DNA of 64,000 nucleotides from an uncultured bacterium (GCA_963813815.1 CAWFAD010000008.1:96001-160000), one strand, 5' to 3'. Positions 9,159-19,547 are shown, counted from the first letter of the stretch. A program made the numbers and translations. The notes: a model not told the origin generated them from the sequence alone.

Positions 9159-10440
9159 TCAGGCCGCCTTTCGCCTGACCCGCTTCCTGGTCTTTTTACG
9201 AGAATAATTCCGCACGAGTTCCATGAAAATTCCGAGGTCGTTCTCGAGATCGACCTGCGTTCCGTCGAAATAGAAGGTCCGGATGGGAATATGCTCGCAT
9301 TCGCGGCTCACGCGCGGGTAGATCGACTCGCACACGATGCCGTTCATGCAGGTGAAGGGGCTGATATCGACGATGCCGTCGGCCCCCTTTTCGTAGAGGT
9401 AGATCGCCTTGCCGACGCTGAGAACCATCTCGCCGAGGGCGCCGCGGTACGGAAGGTAGGGCCGGCTGCGTTCGAGAACCTCCCTGATGTCGTGCGGCTC
9501 CTCGAGCCCGGCGAACTCCCCGCGGAGCGGCGCGAGCAGCCGGCGCTCGTGATCGCGCTGGACGCGCATCTTGAGCCGCACCCTGAGCATGTCGAGCGAC
9601 AGCGCCGCGCCCGAGCATCTGGAGATTCTTCACGTGCTCCCGGTCGGTGTACCAGACCCACTCGGTGATGTCCGAAAGCCACGCCTGCACGCCGAAGTCC
9701 TCGAGACGGCGGATGAGATCCTCGTTGCTGAAGGTCGAGAGCCGGCAGAAGATCTCGCCGACGACGCCGACGAGCATCGTCTCCTGTCCGAAATCGACCG
9801 GCACCGCGCGAAAGAGGTCGCGCCCGGCGGCGAGCGCGCCGGCGAGCTGCGCGATCTTCCTCGGACCCACGGGCACCGTCGAATCGGCCAGCGCGTCGCA
9901 GAAGATCGAGAGGGCCCGGTCGCAGGCGCGGTCGGCGGCCCCGCGCTCCGTCTCGTACGGGCGGTAGATGTGGAGCATCTTGCGGAGCGCGTCGCTCCCG
10001 ATGAGCCCCCACCAGCCGAGCCGCATGAGCGGCCCCGCGTATTCGCCGAGCCCCGCGTAGCCGTCGGCGCTCGAGGGCTCCACGACGAGCACGTCGTCGT
10101 ACCCGGCCTCGTGCATGATCTGTCTCAGGAACGGGGCGTACTGTCCGAACCGGCACGGCCCCCCCGCCGTCGGCATGAAGAAGGCGACCTTCGCCGGGTC
10201 GAAGCCCGGCTGTTCCGTGACCTTGAGAAAATCGCCGACCGTCACGCGCTCGGGAAGACACTCGTCCCCCGACGTGAAACGTCCCGCGAGCTCGTACGTC
10301 CTCGCGTCGCCGGCCGGAGACGGATGCGCGTCTATTCCGAGATAACGGAATGCGGCCGCGAAGGCGCGGCTTCCCTCGTCCGACATTCGCGGGATGTAGA
10401 GGGTGCGCCCGCGGAGCCCTCCCCGCCCTTTTTCCACCAC
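9159..10440 (-). pseudogene. 2-hydroxyacyl-CoA dehydratase-like partner of the CoA activase, interrupted by a single frameshift at about 9601-9612
   Basis: The N-part is in the 9196..11490 frame (TSGDECLP, GPCRFGQY, VGVVGEIFCR). The C-part is in the 9159..9590 frame (GEMVLSVG, ISPFTCMNG, FDG). AAGGAG lies 7 nt before GTG at 10440. The break may be a sequencing error. Confidence 0.75.
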
Positions 10441-13400
10441 CTGAGCACTCCTTTGCTGTCGAGATACGCCTCGCAGCGCGTCATCATGCCGGCGTCGTTG
10501 CTGTGCCCGTCGAACTGCAGCGTGAGGTAGGGACGGCCGGCCGCGCGGACCGCGTAGTGCTTGACGTAGGAATCGGGCCCGCACTTGAAATTCGTGATGT
10601 AAATGATGTGCAGGTTGTCCTTCTGCGCCGCGAGCCTGCATGCCTGAAGGATCTTGCGGCCGAAGTTCCAGAACATGTTGTCGTTGATGTCGCGAATGCC
10701 GATTCCATCGATCGGCAGAAAGAAAATCGGGATCACGCTCATGCCGTAGTAGTCGCGGAGCTTCCCCGGCACGTCGAGGTTCGTTTCCTTGTCCATCACG
10801 TTGTAGGGGCGCCCGACGAGGATGATCCCCGCCTCTCCCATGCGGTCGAGCGTGTCGAGGGCGCTTCTCCCGGCCTTCTCGCACTCCTCGCGGAAAAGCC
10901 GCTGCGCCTCGTAGGCGGCCCGGACGGCGAGACGATGGCGACGGCGGCCGACGCCGAGGCGCCTCGCGGCCTCCCACAGCTCGCGCTCGACGAACTGCGC
11001 GCCCTGGCGGAAATGCACGATCGGATCGAGCAGCTCCGTTCCCCCGTCCTCGAACATCGGCGTCTGCCGGAGGACGAAGGGCAGTGTCTGCCCCCACGGA
11101 CACAGGTACGATTTTACCTCGGGGCAATCCGTCTCGGCGTCGATGACGTTCGGCGCGAGGATGAAATCGACCTCCTGATCGAGGAGCGCGGCCAGATGTC
11201 CGTGGGCGATCTGGATCGGGAAGCACGGCTCCGCCACCGCCGCCTCGATTCCCCGGTGGGCGATCTTCTTGTTCGTGCGGGGGCTCAGCACGACGTCCAT
11301 GCCGAGCGCGCGGATATAGGTTCCCCAGAAGGGATGCCGGTCGTAGAAATACATCGACCGGGCGACCCCGATGCGCGGCCTGCGAGGCCCGGGGGCGCCG
11401 CCGTCCGCGCCCCCCTTCCGCCTCTTCCCGCCCCGGGGAGGGGCGAGATCGATCCGCGTTCCGAGCGAGCGCTCGACGAGCGGGATCCAATCGCGCTCGA
11501 CGAGCTCCTGATAGAGCTTCATGAGATCGGGTATCGCGGGCGTGCGCTCGACCTTCGCGCGCTTACGGTAGCGGTCGCTGCACTTGTCGCCCCAGAAGGT
11601 CTTGTTCCCCTCGACATTGAACTCCTGAATGTCGCAGTAGTTCGTGCAGCCCTGGCAGGTGAACTCGCGGAGCCGGTAGTCGATCGCGGTGAGGTCGTAG
11701 CCGCGGAACGCCGTTTCGATTCCGAGGGATTGGACCTTCTCGCGCACGAGCAGGGCGGCGCCGATCGCGCCGATGACGCCGTTATAGGGCGGCACGATGA
11801 TCTCCTGCCCGAGGACCTCGGCGAAGGCGGCGGCCACGGCGTCGTTGTAGGCGGTGCCGCCCTGGAAAAAGATGACGGATCCGATCCGGCGGCCCCGGAC
11901 GACCCGGTTCAGGTAGTTCTGGACGACCGAGTAGGCGAGCCCCGCGATGATGTCGCGCTTCGCGGCGCCCTTCTGCAGGTACGCCGACACGTCCTGCTCC
12001 ATGTACACGGTGCATCGCTCGCCGAGACGGAGCGGCCGCTCGCTCGAGAACGCGAGCTCGGCGAACTGGTTCACGATGCTCACGTCGAGCTTCTCGGCCT
12101 GCTCCTCGAGAAAGGATCCCGTGCCCGCGGCGCATGCCTCGTTCATCGTGAAGTCGACGACGATGCCGGAGTCGATGCTGATGTATTTCGCGTCCTGGCC
12201 GCCGATCTCGAAGATCGTGTCGACCTTTTTCCCGATCATATGCTCGGCGATGAAGGAAGCGCCCGTCTTGTGCGCCGTGATCTCGTCGACGATCACGTCG
12301 GCGCCGACGAGCTCGCCGATGAGCTCGCGCCCCGAGCCCGTCGTGCCGACTCCGCGCACGCGCACGCGTTCCCCGAGCTCGCGCTCGATCTCCTGAAGTC
12401 CCTGATGGACGATCTCGATCGGACGGGCCTGCGTGCGGAGGTAGATGTCCTTTATGACGCGCCCGTCCCCGTCGACGAGGGTGAGATTCGTGCTCACCGA
12501 GCCGATGTCGATGCCGAGGTAGGCGTCGACCGGCCGCGCGCGTCTTTCGAAGGAGTAGCTCTCGACCCGGTCGCGGAGAAAACGCACCTTGTCGAGGGAA
12601 AGCGGCCGCCACGAGGGAAACTCGCCCGCGCCCTGCGGAGCCATTCGCGCGAGGCGCTCCCGGAGAACGCCGGCGTCGAACCTCGCCTCTCCCCGCCTGC
12701 GGCGGCCCGCGGAGACGTCGGCCCCCTCCGCGGCGCCCCCGCCTCCGCTCGCAATGAGGGCCGCCCCGATCGCCGAGAGGTGGACGCACTCGGCCGGCAC
12801 GAAGAAGTCCTCCTCCGCGAGCTCGAAGATGCGCCGCAGCGAGCCGTCGACGCCCTTGTTGAGCGCCATGCCGCCGATGAAGGCCGTCTTGCCGCGCACC
12901 GACTTGCCCTTCGCTATGTTGCTCTTGAAGTTGCGGGCGACGGACTCGCAGAGGCCCTTGAGCACCTCCTCTGGCTCGTACCCCTTCTGCTGGGCGTGGA
13001 TCATGTCCGATTTTGCGAAAACACTGCAGCGGCCCGCGATCTTCGGAGTGCGGCCGGCCCAGCCGACGATGTCCCCGACTTCCTCGATCCGGAAACGCAG
13101 CCGGCTCGCCTGCTGGTCCATGAAGGATCCCGTGCCCGCGGCGCAGTCGCCGTTTGTCTGGTAGTCGACGATGCCGCTCGAGCCCCCCTCGGTCGACAGG
13201 CGGATGTACTTGGAGTTCTCGCCCCCCATTTCAAAGATATTTTGCACGTCGGGGTAGAGCGCGGCGGTGCCGGTCGCCGCCGTCTTGAACTCGTTCTCGA
13301 CGGGAATGCCGAGAGCTCCTCCCACGAGCTTCGCGGCCGAGCCGGTGACGACGGCGCCGCCCACGTCCTCGACGCTCACGCGCTCGAAAAGCTCGCCGAG

Positions 13401-13607
13401 GAGCCCCGCCGCGGCCTCGAGCGGGCGCCCCTGAATGCGCCGGTAGGCCGAGAGCGCGACGGCCGTCGTCCGTTCGGCGGGGTGCGGCACGATCGCGCTC
13501 ACGAGACCGGGCGCGTTCGCCCCGATCGCCTCGATCCTGTCGCGCGGGCCGACGATCGCGAGCTTCGCGCTCACCGTCCCGACATCCATTCCGAGAAAGA
13601 GTTTCAT
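10332..13607 (-). CDS. CoA-substrate-specific enzyme activase (two BcrAD/BadFG ATPase domains plus DUF2229-like domain)
   Basis: Two ASKHA modules: GMDVGTVS..EMGGENSK..CAAGTGSF..RCSVFA and GIDIGSVST..EIGGQDAK..CAAGTGSF..RCTVY. Also C.GC.N.C and FKCGPDS. Confidence 0.92.
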   Translation of the reverse strand: MKLFLGMDVGTVSAKLAIVGPRDRIEAIGANAPGLVSAIVPHPAERTTAVALSAYRRIQGRPLEAAAGLLGELFERVSVEDVGGAVVTGSAAKLVGGALGIPVENEFKTAATGTAALYPDVQNIFEMGGENSKYIRLSTEGGSSGIVDYQTNGDCAAGTGSFMDQQASRLRFRIEEVGDIVGWAGRTPKIAGRCSVFAKSDMIHAQQKGYEPEEVLKGLCESVARNFKSNIAKGKSVRGKTAFIGGMALNKGVDGSLRRIFELAEEDFFVPAECVHLSAIGAALIASGGGGAAEGADVSAGRRRRGEARFDAGVLRERLARMAPQGAGEFPSWRPLSLDKVRFLRDRVESYSFERRARPVDAYLGIDIGSVSTNLTLVDGDGRVIKDIYLRTQARPIEIVHQGLQEIERELGERVRVRGVGTTGSGRELIGELVGADVIVDEITAHKTGASFIAEHMIGKKVDTIFEIGGQDAKYISIDSGIVVDFTMNEACAAGTGSFLEEQAEKLDVSIVNQFAELAFSSERPLRLGERCTVYMEQDVSAYLQKGAAKRDIIAGLAYSVVQNYLNRVVRGRRIGSVIFFQGGTAYNDAVAAAFAEVLGQEIIVPPYNGVIGAIGAALLVREKVQSLGIETAFRGYDLTAIDYRLREFTCQGCTNYCDIQEFNVEGNKTFWGDKCSDRYRKRAKVERTPAIPDLMKLYQELVERDWIPLVERSLGTRIDLAPPRGGKRRKGGADGGAPGPRRPRIGVARSMYFYDRHPFWGTYIRALGMDVVLSPRTNKKIAHRGIEAAVAEPCFPIQIAHGHLAALLDQEVDFILAPNVIDAETDCPEVKSYLCPWGQTLPFVLRQTPMFEDGGTELLDPIVHFRQGAQFVERELWEAARRLGVGRRRHRLAVRAAYEAQRLFREECEKAGRSALDTLDRMGEAGIILVGRPYNVMDKETNLDVPGKLRDYYGMSVIPIFFLPIDGIGIRDINDNMFWNFGRKILQACRLAAQKDNLHIIYITNFKCGPDSYVKHYAVRAAGRPYLTLQFDGHSNDAGMMTRCEAYLDSKGVLRWWKKGGEGSAGAPSTSRECRTREAAPSRPHSVISE

Positions 13608-13799
13608 GGACCCAGCCTCTCCGACGCATTCGTCCGAGCGAGTGCGCAACGGCGACCCGTCGATGCTCGAGCGGCGATATGAGCTTGTGGATTGGCCATG
13701 AATTGTACGTGCGCCGGCGCCGGAAACAAGATTTAGACAGGATTCGGTCGAAAATCGGGGGCGATCGGCCGCCGCGAGGACCTCACCGGCGCGCGGGAA

Positions 13800-14567
13800 T
13801 CACCACTTGAGCACCTTGCGGAGCTCGCGGGCCTGCGCGCGGCTCAGCGGAATCTCGGGACCGCTCTTTCCGCCCATCCTGAGGCGGAAGCTCCCGCTGA
13901 ACCACGGCGTGATTTCGTGGATGCGTTTGATGTTGGCGAGATACGACTTGTGCACCCGCATGAACTGCCTCGATCCGAGCTCCCGCTCGAGCTCCTCGAG
14001 CGAGCGAAAGCTCGCGATCCCCTCGGCGAGTTGGGCCACGACTCGCACGCTTCCCGATTCGATCGTGGCGTAGAGCACGTCCGCGGCGTCGACCATGACG
14101 AGCGACTCCCCCTGGCGGACGGCGAGTCGCTTCGCGCCCGCCCCGACGGCGTCGAGAAGCGCCTCGAGATCGGGACCGGGCTCGCCGCCCCGGCGGATGC
14201 GCCGGACCCGCTCGATCGCCTGAGCGAGTCGCCGCTCCTCGACGGGCTTCAGAACGTAATCGACGGCGTGGACCTCGAACGCCCTGATGGCGTACTCGTC
14301 GTACGCGGTGACGAAGATGATCGCCGGCATCATTTCCGCGCCGGAGATCTTCCCGACCACCTGAAAGCCGTCGAGGCCCGGCATCTGGATGTCGAGGAGC
14401 AGGGCGTCCGGCTCGAGCTTGCGGACGAGCCTCACCGCCTCGGGGCCGTCGGAGGCCTCCCCGGCGATCTCGACTCCCTCGAGCTTGCCGAGCAAGCGGC
14501 GCAGATCGCGCCGGGCATGGCTCTCGTCGTCGACGACGAGAACGCGCAGCTTCTCGCTCTTGGTCAC
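13800..14567 (-). CDS. LytTR-family response regulator
   Basis: REC domain (VVDDE, LDIQMP, FVTAY, DYVLKP) followed by LytTR (FMRVHKSY, IPLSR). Confidence 0.93.
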   Translation of the reverse strand: MTKSEKLRVLVVDDESHARRDLRRLLGKLEGVEIAGEASDGPEAVRLVRKLEPDALLLDIQMPGLDGFQVVGKISGAEMMPAIIFVTAYDEYAIRAFEVHAVDYVLKPVEERRLAQAIERVRRIRRGGEPGPDLEALLDAVGAGAKRLAVRQGESLVMVDAADVLYATIESGSVRVVAQLAEGIASFRSLEELERELGSRQFMRVHKSYLANIKRIHEITPWFSGSFRLRMGGKSGPEIPLSRAQARELRKVLKW

Positions 14568-14619
14568 GCCGCGCCCCCTTCCGGCGGGAACGCCGTCCCG
14601 CGGGCTCTTGCGAACGCCA

Positions 14620-15918
14620 TCATTCTCCCCCCGGTCCGCGCTCGACCGGAATATCGATTATAATCGAAGTCCCCTCTTCGCGCGCCGATTTGATTTCGAG
14701 GAAGGCCTGCTCCCCGTAAGCCGCCTTGAGCCGCTCGCGCACGTTGCGGAGTCCGATCCCCTCGCGCGCGTTCTCCCTGAAGCCGAGCCCGTTGTCGCGC
14801 ACGGCGACCGTGAGGCGGCGTCCCTCGCGGGAGGCCTCGACGCGGACGATTCCGCCTCCCACCTTCGGCGAGAGCCCGTGCCGAACCGCGTTCTCGACGA
14901 GCGGCTGGAGCATCATGGAAGGCACCGGCACGTCGAGCGATCGGGGATCGAGGTTCTTCTCGACGCGCAGCTTCTCGGCGCCGAACCGCGCCACCTCGAG
15001 GCTCAGGTAATCGTCGACGAACTCGATCTCGCGGGAGAGCGGCACGAAATCCTCCGAACCGCGGAGCAGCCGCCGGAGGATCCCCGAGAGCTTGACGAGG
15101 ATCCATCGCGCCTTCTCCGGCTCGCTCCAGATGAGCGAGGTCGCCGCGTTCATCGTGTTGAAGAGAAAGTGCGGGTTGATCTGGCTCCGCAAGGCGTCGA
15201 AGCGCGCCTGCATGGCGGCGGAGCGCTGCTCCTCGAGAAGCGCCTCGACCCGCGTGTTGTTCCAGATCTTGAGCGGTATGCCGACGCACGCGATCGTCGT
15301 GAGCCAGATGCAGATCGTCACCCAGAAATGCCCCGGATGAAAGGCGAAGAGCGCGCCGGGATACCGGCGGCTCGCGACGTAGCGAACCGTCTCGAGCCCC
15401 ACGAGCGCGATCGTGATCCACGCGCGCGAGTCGATTCTCCGCTCCCGGGCGAAGATCCGCCAGGAACGCGCGACGTTGTTCAGGATGAGCGGCGAGAAAT
15501 CCCAAAGCTCCTCCCGCCGCTCCGCCCGCGAGCGAATGAGCCCGCCGAGCGACCCGCAGAGGACCGTGAAGGGAAGCGCGAGCCATTCTCCCCGCAGGAG
15601 TGGCGGGAGGCCGACGAAAAATCCCACGAACGCGCCCGGCACCATCCCGCCGACGAGCCCGACGAGCAGGCTGCCCGAGAGGGAGAGATCCATCCCCTCG
15701 TAACCGACGAGCACGCGCACCGACGTTCCCGCCGCGAGCAGCGCGCCGAAGAGGGCGGCGAACTGCCAGTTCTGCTTCGCGCCGCGCCGGTCCAGAAATA
15801 TGAGCCGCTTGAAGAAGCTCGAGGTGATGAGCGCCCCCGCCATGGCCGCCATGATGCCGAGCTTGAGCAGCAGAACGAAGAGTATGAAGTTGTCGCCCGC
15901 CAGCGTGATGTGGGTCAC
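14620..15918 (-). CDS. LytS/YehU-type sensor histidine kinase
   Basis: Multiple TM helices, ALRSQINPHFLFN, LQPLVENAVRHG, DNGLG, GIGLRNV. GTG overlaps the upstream TGA. Confidence 0.92.
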   Translation of the reverse strand: MTHITLAGDNFILFVLLLKLGIMAAMAGALITSSFFKRLIFLDRRGAKQNWQFAALFGALLAAGTSVRVLVGYEGMDLSLSGSLLVGLVGGMVPGAFVGFFVGLPPLLRGEWLALPFTVLCGSLGGLIRSRAERREELWDFSPLILNNVARSWRIFARERRIDSRAWITIALVGLETVRYVASRRYPGALFAFHPGHFWVTICIWLTTIACVGIPLKIWNNTRVEALLEEQRSAAMQARFDALRSQINPHFLFNTMNAATSLIWSEPEKARWILVKLSGILRRLLRGSEDFVPLSREIEFVDDYLSLEVARFGAEKLRVEKNLDPRSLDVPVPSMMLQPLVENAVRHGLSPKVGGGIVRVEASREGRRLTVAVRDNGLGFRENAREGIGLRNVRERLKAAYGEQAFLEIKSAREEGTSIIIDIPVERGPGGE

Positions 15919-16493
15919 CGCCGAGCCTCCCGCGCCCGCGGCGGCGGGACTCCCTGCCGCTGGGCCGCCTTGTACAGGGCGCGAACCGCCGCGAGATCGT
16001 CCCCGTAGGTTCCCGCCCCGAAGTCGGGGAACGTCCACACGAGGGGCCGAAACGCCCCCTCGTGGAACATGAGCACGGGGTCGGCGTAGACCCCCTCGCC
16101 GAGGTATATCTTCTGCGGCCCATCCTTGAACGAGGCGAGCACCACCTTGAAAAAATCCAGGTAGCCGACGTCGACGTTGACGCGCCGGTTGCCGCCCTCG
16201 GCGAGCAGCCCCTCGACGCGGGCGGAGGCGAGCTTGGCCTCGACGAGGCCGGCCGCGCTCGCGAGCGGCTCGAACGAGACGATCGTCCGGTGGAGATCCG
16301 GTCCCATCTCCCCGCTATAGTAATCGGTCACGGTGAAAGGATGCGCCTCTCCCCGAAAATCGATCCGCCCGAACCGCTCCTCGAGCGGCGGAAAGAGGCT
16401 CCGCTCGAGATCGAAGCCGCGCGGCGCGAGCAGGGCCGCGAGATATTTGACGGACGCCGCCTCGCGGGGCCGGCCCGCCTTTGGATGAGCCAT
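15915..16493 (-). CDS. DUF4416-family protein
   Basis: F..TDYY..EMG, RRVNVDVGY, LASFKD..KIYLGEGVYA, WTFPD. Confidence 0.75.
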   Translation of the reverse strand: MAHPKAGRPREAASVKYLAALLAPRGFDLERSLFPPLEERFGRIDFRGEAHPFTVTDYYSGEMGPDLHRTIVSFEPLASAAGLVEAKLASARVEGLLAEGGNRRVNVDVGYLDFFKVVLASFKDGPQKIYLGEGVYADPVLMFHEGAFRPLVWTFPDFGAGTYGDDLAAVRALYKAAQRQGVPPPRAREARR

Positions 16494-16535
16494 GCCGCAC
16501 CTCGATCGTGCCCGCGCCGGACGCCGGGCGCGCCC

Positions 16536-17462
16536 TTACCCCGTGACGATCTTGAGACCCTTTGCGCCGCTTCTGCGCCAGGAGCTCCTCAGCCGCTCGA
16601 TATGCTCCCTCGCCTCGGCCGTCACGCCGGGCGGGATGCCGAAGTCGGCGGCGATCCGCGCCTCGAAGTCGCCCCTGATGTTTTCGTTCGCCTTTCCCTC
16701 GCGACCGCGCTTTCGCAGATGGTGATTCTTGACGTAGAGGTGCCCCTCGGGCGTGAGACGCGTCAGCAGCAGATTGTTCATCATCGGAAGAGCGAACGAG
16801 TCCTGCCAGTGCTTCATGAAATCGGCGTGCGAAACGCCCGCCGTTCGAACGGTGTACCGCCATTTGCGCTCGCCGCCCCTCGCGGCGACGGACGGGGAGC
16901 GCTCGCTCCTTCCGATGCCGGAGAGCTCGTCCCACCCGCCCTCGAGGGTGAACAGATCGTAGCTGTCGCCCCGGCGCGGCCGAAGCTCGACCGTGCCGAA
17001 GGTCGTCGCGACCCGCACGGGGACTCCCGCGAGCTCGACGGGCTCGCCGACGAGGTACCCCGGATCGACGAGGTAGCGCTTTCCCGCCGTCTCGACCACG
17101 AGCGCGCAGTGGATGTTCGGACGCTTCATGTCGGCCATGACGGGGAAGCAGCGGAACCCCGCGTTCGAGAGGATCGAGCCGAGGCAGTAGGTCAGCGAAA
17201 AGCACGTCCCGCCCGTCTGCCGCTCGATGAATCCCGAGACGACCTCGACCGGACCGCGAAGCCGCTCCTCCGGTGAACGCGCCGTGAACTTCTTGATGAT
17301 CTTCGTCAGGTTTTCGTACGGGAGATTCGAATATGCCGCGATCACGCGCCGCAGCAGCGCGAGGTCCGCGCCGCCGGACGGGATGCCGAAATGGCCCGCA
17401 AAGAGCTCCCGGGCCTCGCGGGCGCTCGAACTCAGCGGATCGTTCCATATCTCGAAGCTCAT
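16536..17462 (-). CDS. Arylamine N-acetyltransferase family protein
   Basis: PYENL, GGTCFS (catalytic Cys), IHCALVV (His), YLVDPG (Asp). Confidence 0.85.
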   Translation of the reverse strand: MSFEIWNDPLSSSAREARELFAGHFGIPSGGADLALLRRVIAAYSNLPYENLTKIIKKFTARSPEERLRGPVEVVSGFIERQTGGTCFSLTYCLGSILSNAGFRCFPVMADMKRPNIHCALVVETAGKRYLVDPGYLVGEPVELAGVPVRVATTFGTVELRPRRGDSYDLFTLEGGWDELSGIGRSERSPSVAARGGERKWRYTVRTAGVSHADFMKHWQDSFALPMMNNLLLTRLTPEGHLYVKNHHLRKRGREGKANENIRGDFEARIAADFGIPPGVTAEAREHIERLRSSWRRSGAKGLKIVTG

Positions 17463-17557
17463 GCGGCGCTCTCCCGTACGTTTCCTGTTTGCCGGGAAAA
17501 TATCATACCATATACTGGCCCCGCGCGATAACGGACGAATGCGCCGCGGGAGATCGA

Positions 17558-18649
17558 ATGGAAGAGGTCCTTCAAACGCTTCGCGTCTCGTCGCCGGGGC
17601 GGCTCTGCCTCTTCGGCGAGCACCAGGATTATCTCGGACTTCCCGTCGTCCCGCTCGCGATCTCGCTGCGCGTCTCCGTCGAAGGCAAACGTCGCGCCGA
17701 CCGGCTCGTCAGGGTCGATCTTCCGGACGTCGCCTCCTCAATCGAGTTCTCCCTCGAGGGGCCGCTCCGCTACGCGGGCCCGGCGGATTACCTGCGGGGC
17801 GCCGTCAACGTTCTGCGGCGCGAGGGGTTCTCCTTTCCCTCCGGTTTCGACTGCTCGGTGCGAGGCGGGATACCTATCGCGGCCGGCGCGTCGAGCTCCT
17901 CGGCGATGATCGTGAGCTGGATCGTCTTTCTCGCGCGCATGAGCGGCGAGCGGCGGACCCTTTCGCCCGCCGAGGCGGCCCGCCTCGCCCACGCCGCCGA
18001 GGTGCTCGAGTTCGATGGGGCGGGAGGCATGATGGACCATTGCGCCTCCTCCTTCGGCGGGGCCTCGGAGATCTCGTTTCATCCGGCGCTCTCCGTCGCG
18101 CCCCTCGACGCGCCGCGGGGAACCTTCGTCCTCGGCGATTCGCGCGAGCCCAAAGACACGCAGGCCGTGCTGTCGCGCGTGAGAAACGCCGTCGTCGACG
18201 TCGCGCGGCGCGTCTCGGCGAGGCATCCGGACTTCTCGCTCCGCGAGGCGCGATTCGAGGAGCACGGCCGCTACGCGGCGGGGCTCGCAGCCCCGGAGCT
18301 CGACCTTCTCGGCGCGACGCTCCTCAACCGCGACATCACGCGCAGGGGGGCGGCGCTCCTCCGGGAGGGCCGCTTCGACGACCGCGCCTTCGGCGCGATG
18401 CTCGACGAGCAACAGATACTGCTCCGCGAGGTGCTCGCGATATCGACCCCCAAAATCGATCGCATGCTCGATGCGGCGTTGCGGGCCGGGGCGCTCGGCG
18501 GTAAGATAAATGGCTCGGGCGGAGGCGGCTCTATGTTCGCCTACGCGCCGTCGAACGCGCCGGCCGTCACCGAGGCGATCGAGAGGGCCGGCGGCGTCGC
18601 GCACGTCGTGCGCGCCGACGAGGGCGTTCGAATCGAACGGGAAGGCTGA
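17558..18649 (+). CDS. GHMP-family sugar kinase (galactokinase-like)
   Basis: PGRLCLFGEHQDY, PIAAGASSSSA, GGMMD, GGKINGSGGGG. Confidence 0.88.
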   Translation: MEEVLQTLRVSSPGRLCLFGEHQDYLGLPVVPLAISLRVSVEGKRRADRLVRVDLPDVASSIEFSLEGPLRYAGPADYLRGAVNVLRREGFSFPSGFDCSVRGGIPIAAGASSSSAMIVSWIVFLARMSGERRTLSPAEAARLAHAAEVLEFDGAGGMMDHCASSFGGASEISFHPALSVAPLDAPRGTFVLGDSREPKDTQAVLSRVRNAVVDVARRVSARHPDFSLREARFEEHGRYAAGLAAPELDLLGATLLNRDITRRGAALLREGRFDDRAFGAMLDEQQILLREVLAISTPKIDRMLDAALRAGALGGKINGSGGGGSMFAYAPSNAPAVTEAIERAGGVAHVVRADEGVRIEREG

Positions 18650-18689
18650 TCGAGGCTGCGCCGAAGCGGCGCGCCGCGGAGGAAATCGA

Positions 18690-19547
18690 ATGGCGGACGC
18701 GAACATCGTGATACTCGCGGGGGGGGTCTCCTCGCGCATGAAAAAGGCCCTCGCCGAGGCGGCGAATCTCGACTCATCCCTCCGGCGGGACGCCGCGGAG
18801 AAGCCAAAGGCCATGATCGGCGTGGGAGGCTCCGGGCGCCCCTTCATGGACTATCTGCTCGACAACGTGGCGGCGGCGGGCTACCGCGACGTCTGCATCG
18901 TCGTCGGCGAGCGCGACGGCTCGATCCGGGAATATTACGAGAATCCGGCCAACGCGGGGCGGTACGCGGGCCTCGCGATCCGGTACGCGACGCAGCCCAT
19001 CCCAGAGGGACGCGCGAAACCCCTCGGCACGGCGGACGCGGTGCACCGCGCGCTCGCCGCGAGCCCCTCGTGGCGGGGGCAGCGCCTCTCCGTCTGCAAC
19101 AGCGACAACCTCTATTCCGTCGAAGCGCTTCGGGCGCTGCTCGAGGACGGGCATCCGAACGCCCTCATCGACTACGACCGCTCGGCCCTGCGCTTTTCCG
19201 CCGAGCGGATCGCGGCCTTCGCCGTCATCAAGAAGGACGCGGAGGGATTTCTCGTCGACATTCTCGAAAAGCCTTCGCCGGAGGAGATCAACGCGGCGGC
19301 GGATGCGCGCGGCAGGATCGGCGTCAGCATGAACATGTTCCGCTTCTCGTACGACCTGCTCCTGCCGTGCGTCGAGCGCGTGCCGCTCCATCCCGTCCGC
19401 CAGGAAAAGGAGCTCCCCGAAGCGGTGAGGATGATGATCGCCGGCCGTCCGCGATCGATGTTCACGATCCCCGTCTCCGAGCACGTTCCCGATCTCACCT
19501 CCCCGGCCGACATCATGCGGGTCAAAGGGGAGATCGAGGGGCAATAG
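18690..19547 (+). CDS. Sugar-phosphate nucleotidyltransferase
   Basis: ILAGGVSSRM, PKAMIGV, KPLGTADAV, NSDNLY, EKP. Confidence 0.88.
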   Translation: MADANIVILAGGVSSRMKKALAEAANLDSSLRRDAAEKPKAMIGVGGSGRPFMDYLLDNVAAAGYRDVCIVVGERDGSIREYYENPANAGRYAGLAIRYATQPIPEGRAKPLGTADAVHRALAASPSWRGQRLSVCNSDNLYSVEALRALLEDGHPNALIDYDRSALRFSAERIAAFAVIKKDAEGFLVDILEKPSPEEINAAADARGRIGVSMNMFRFSYDLLLPCVERVPLHPVRQEKELPEAVRMMIAGRPRSMFTIPVSEHVPDLTSPADIMRVKGEIEGQ

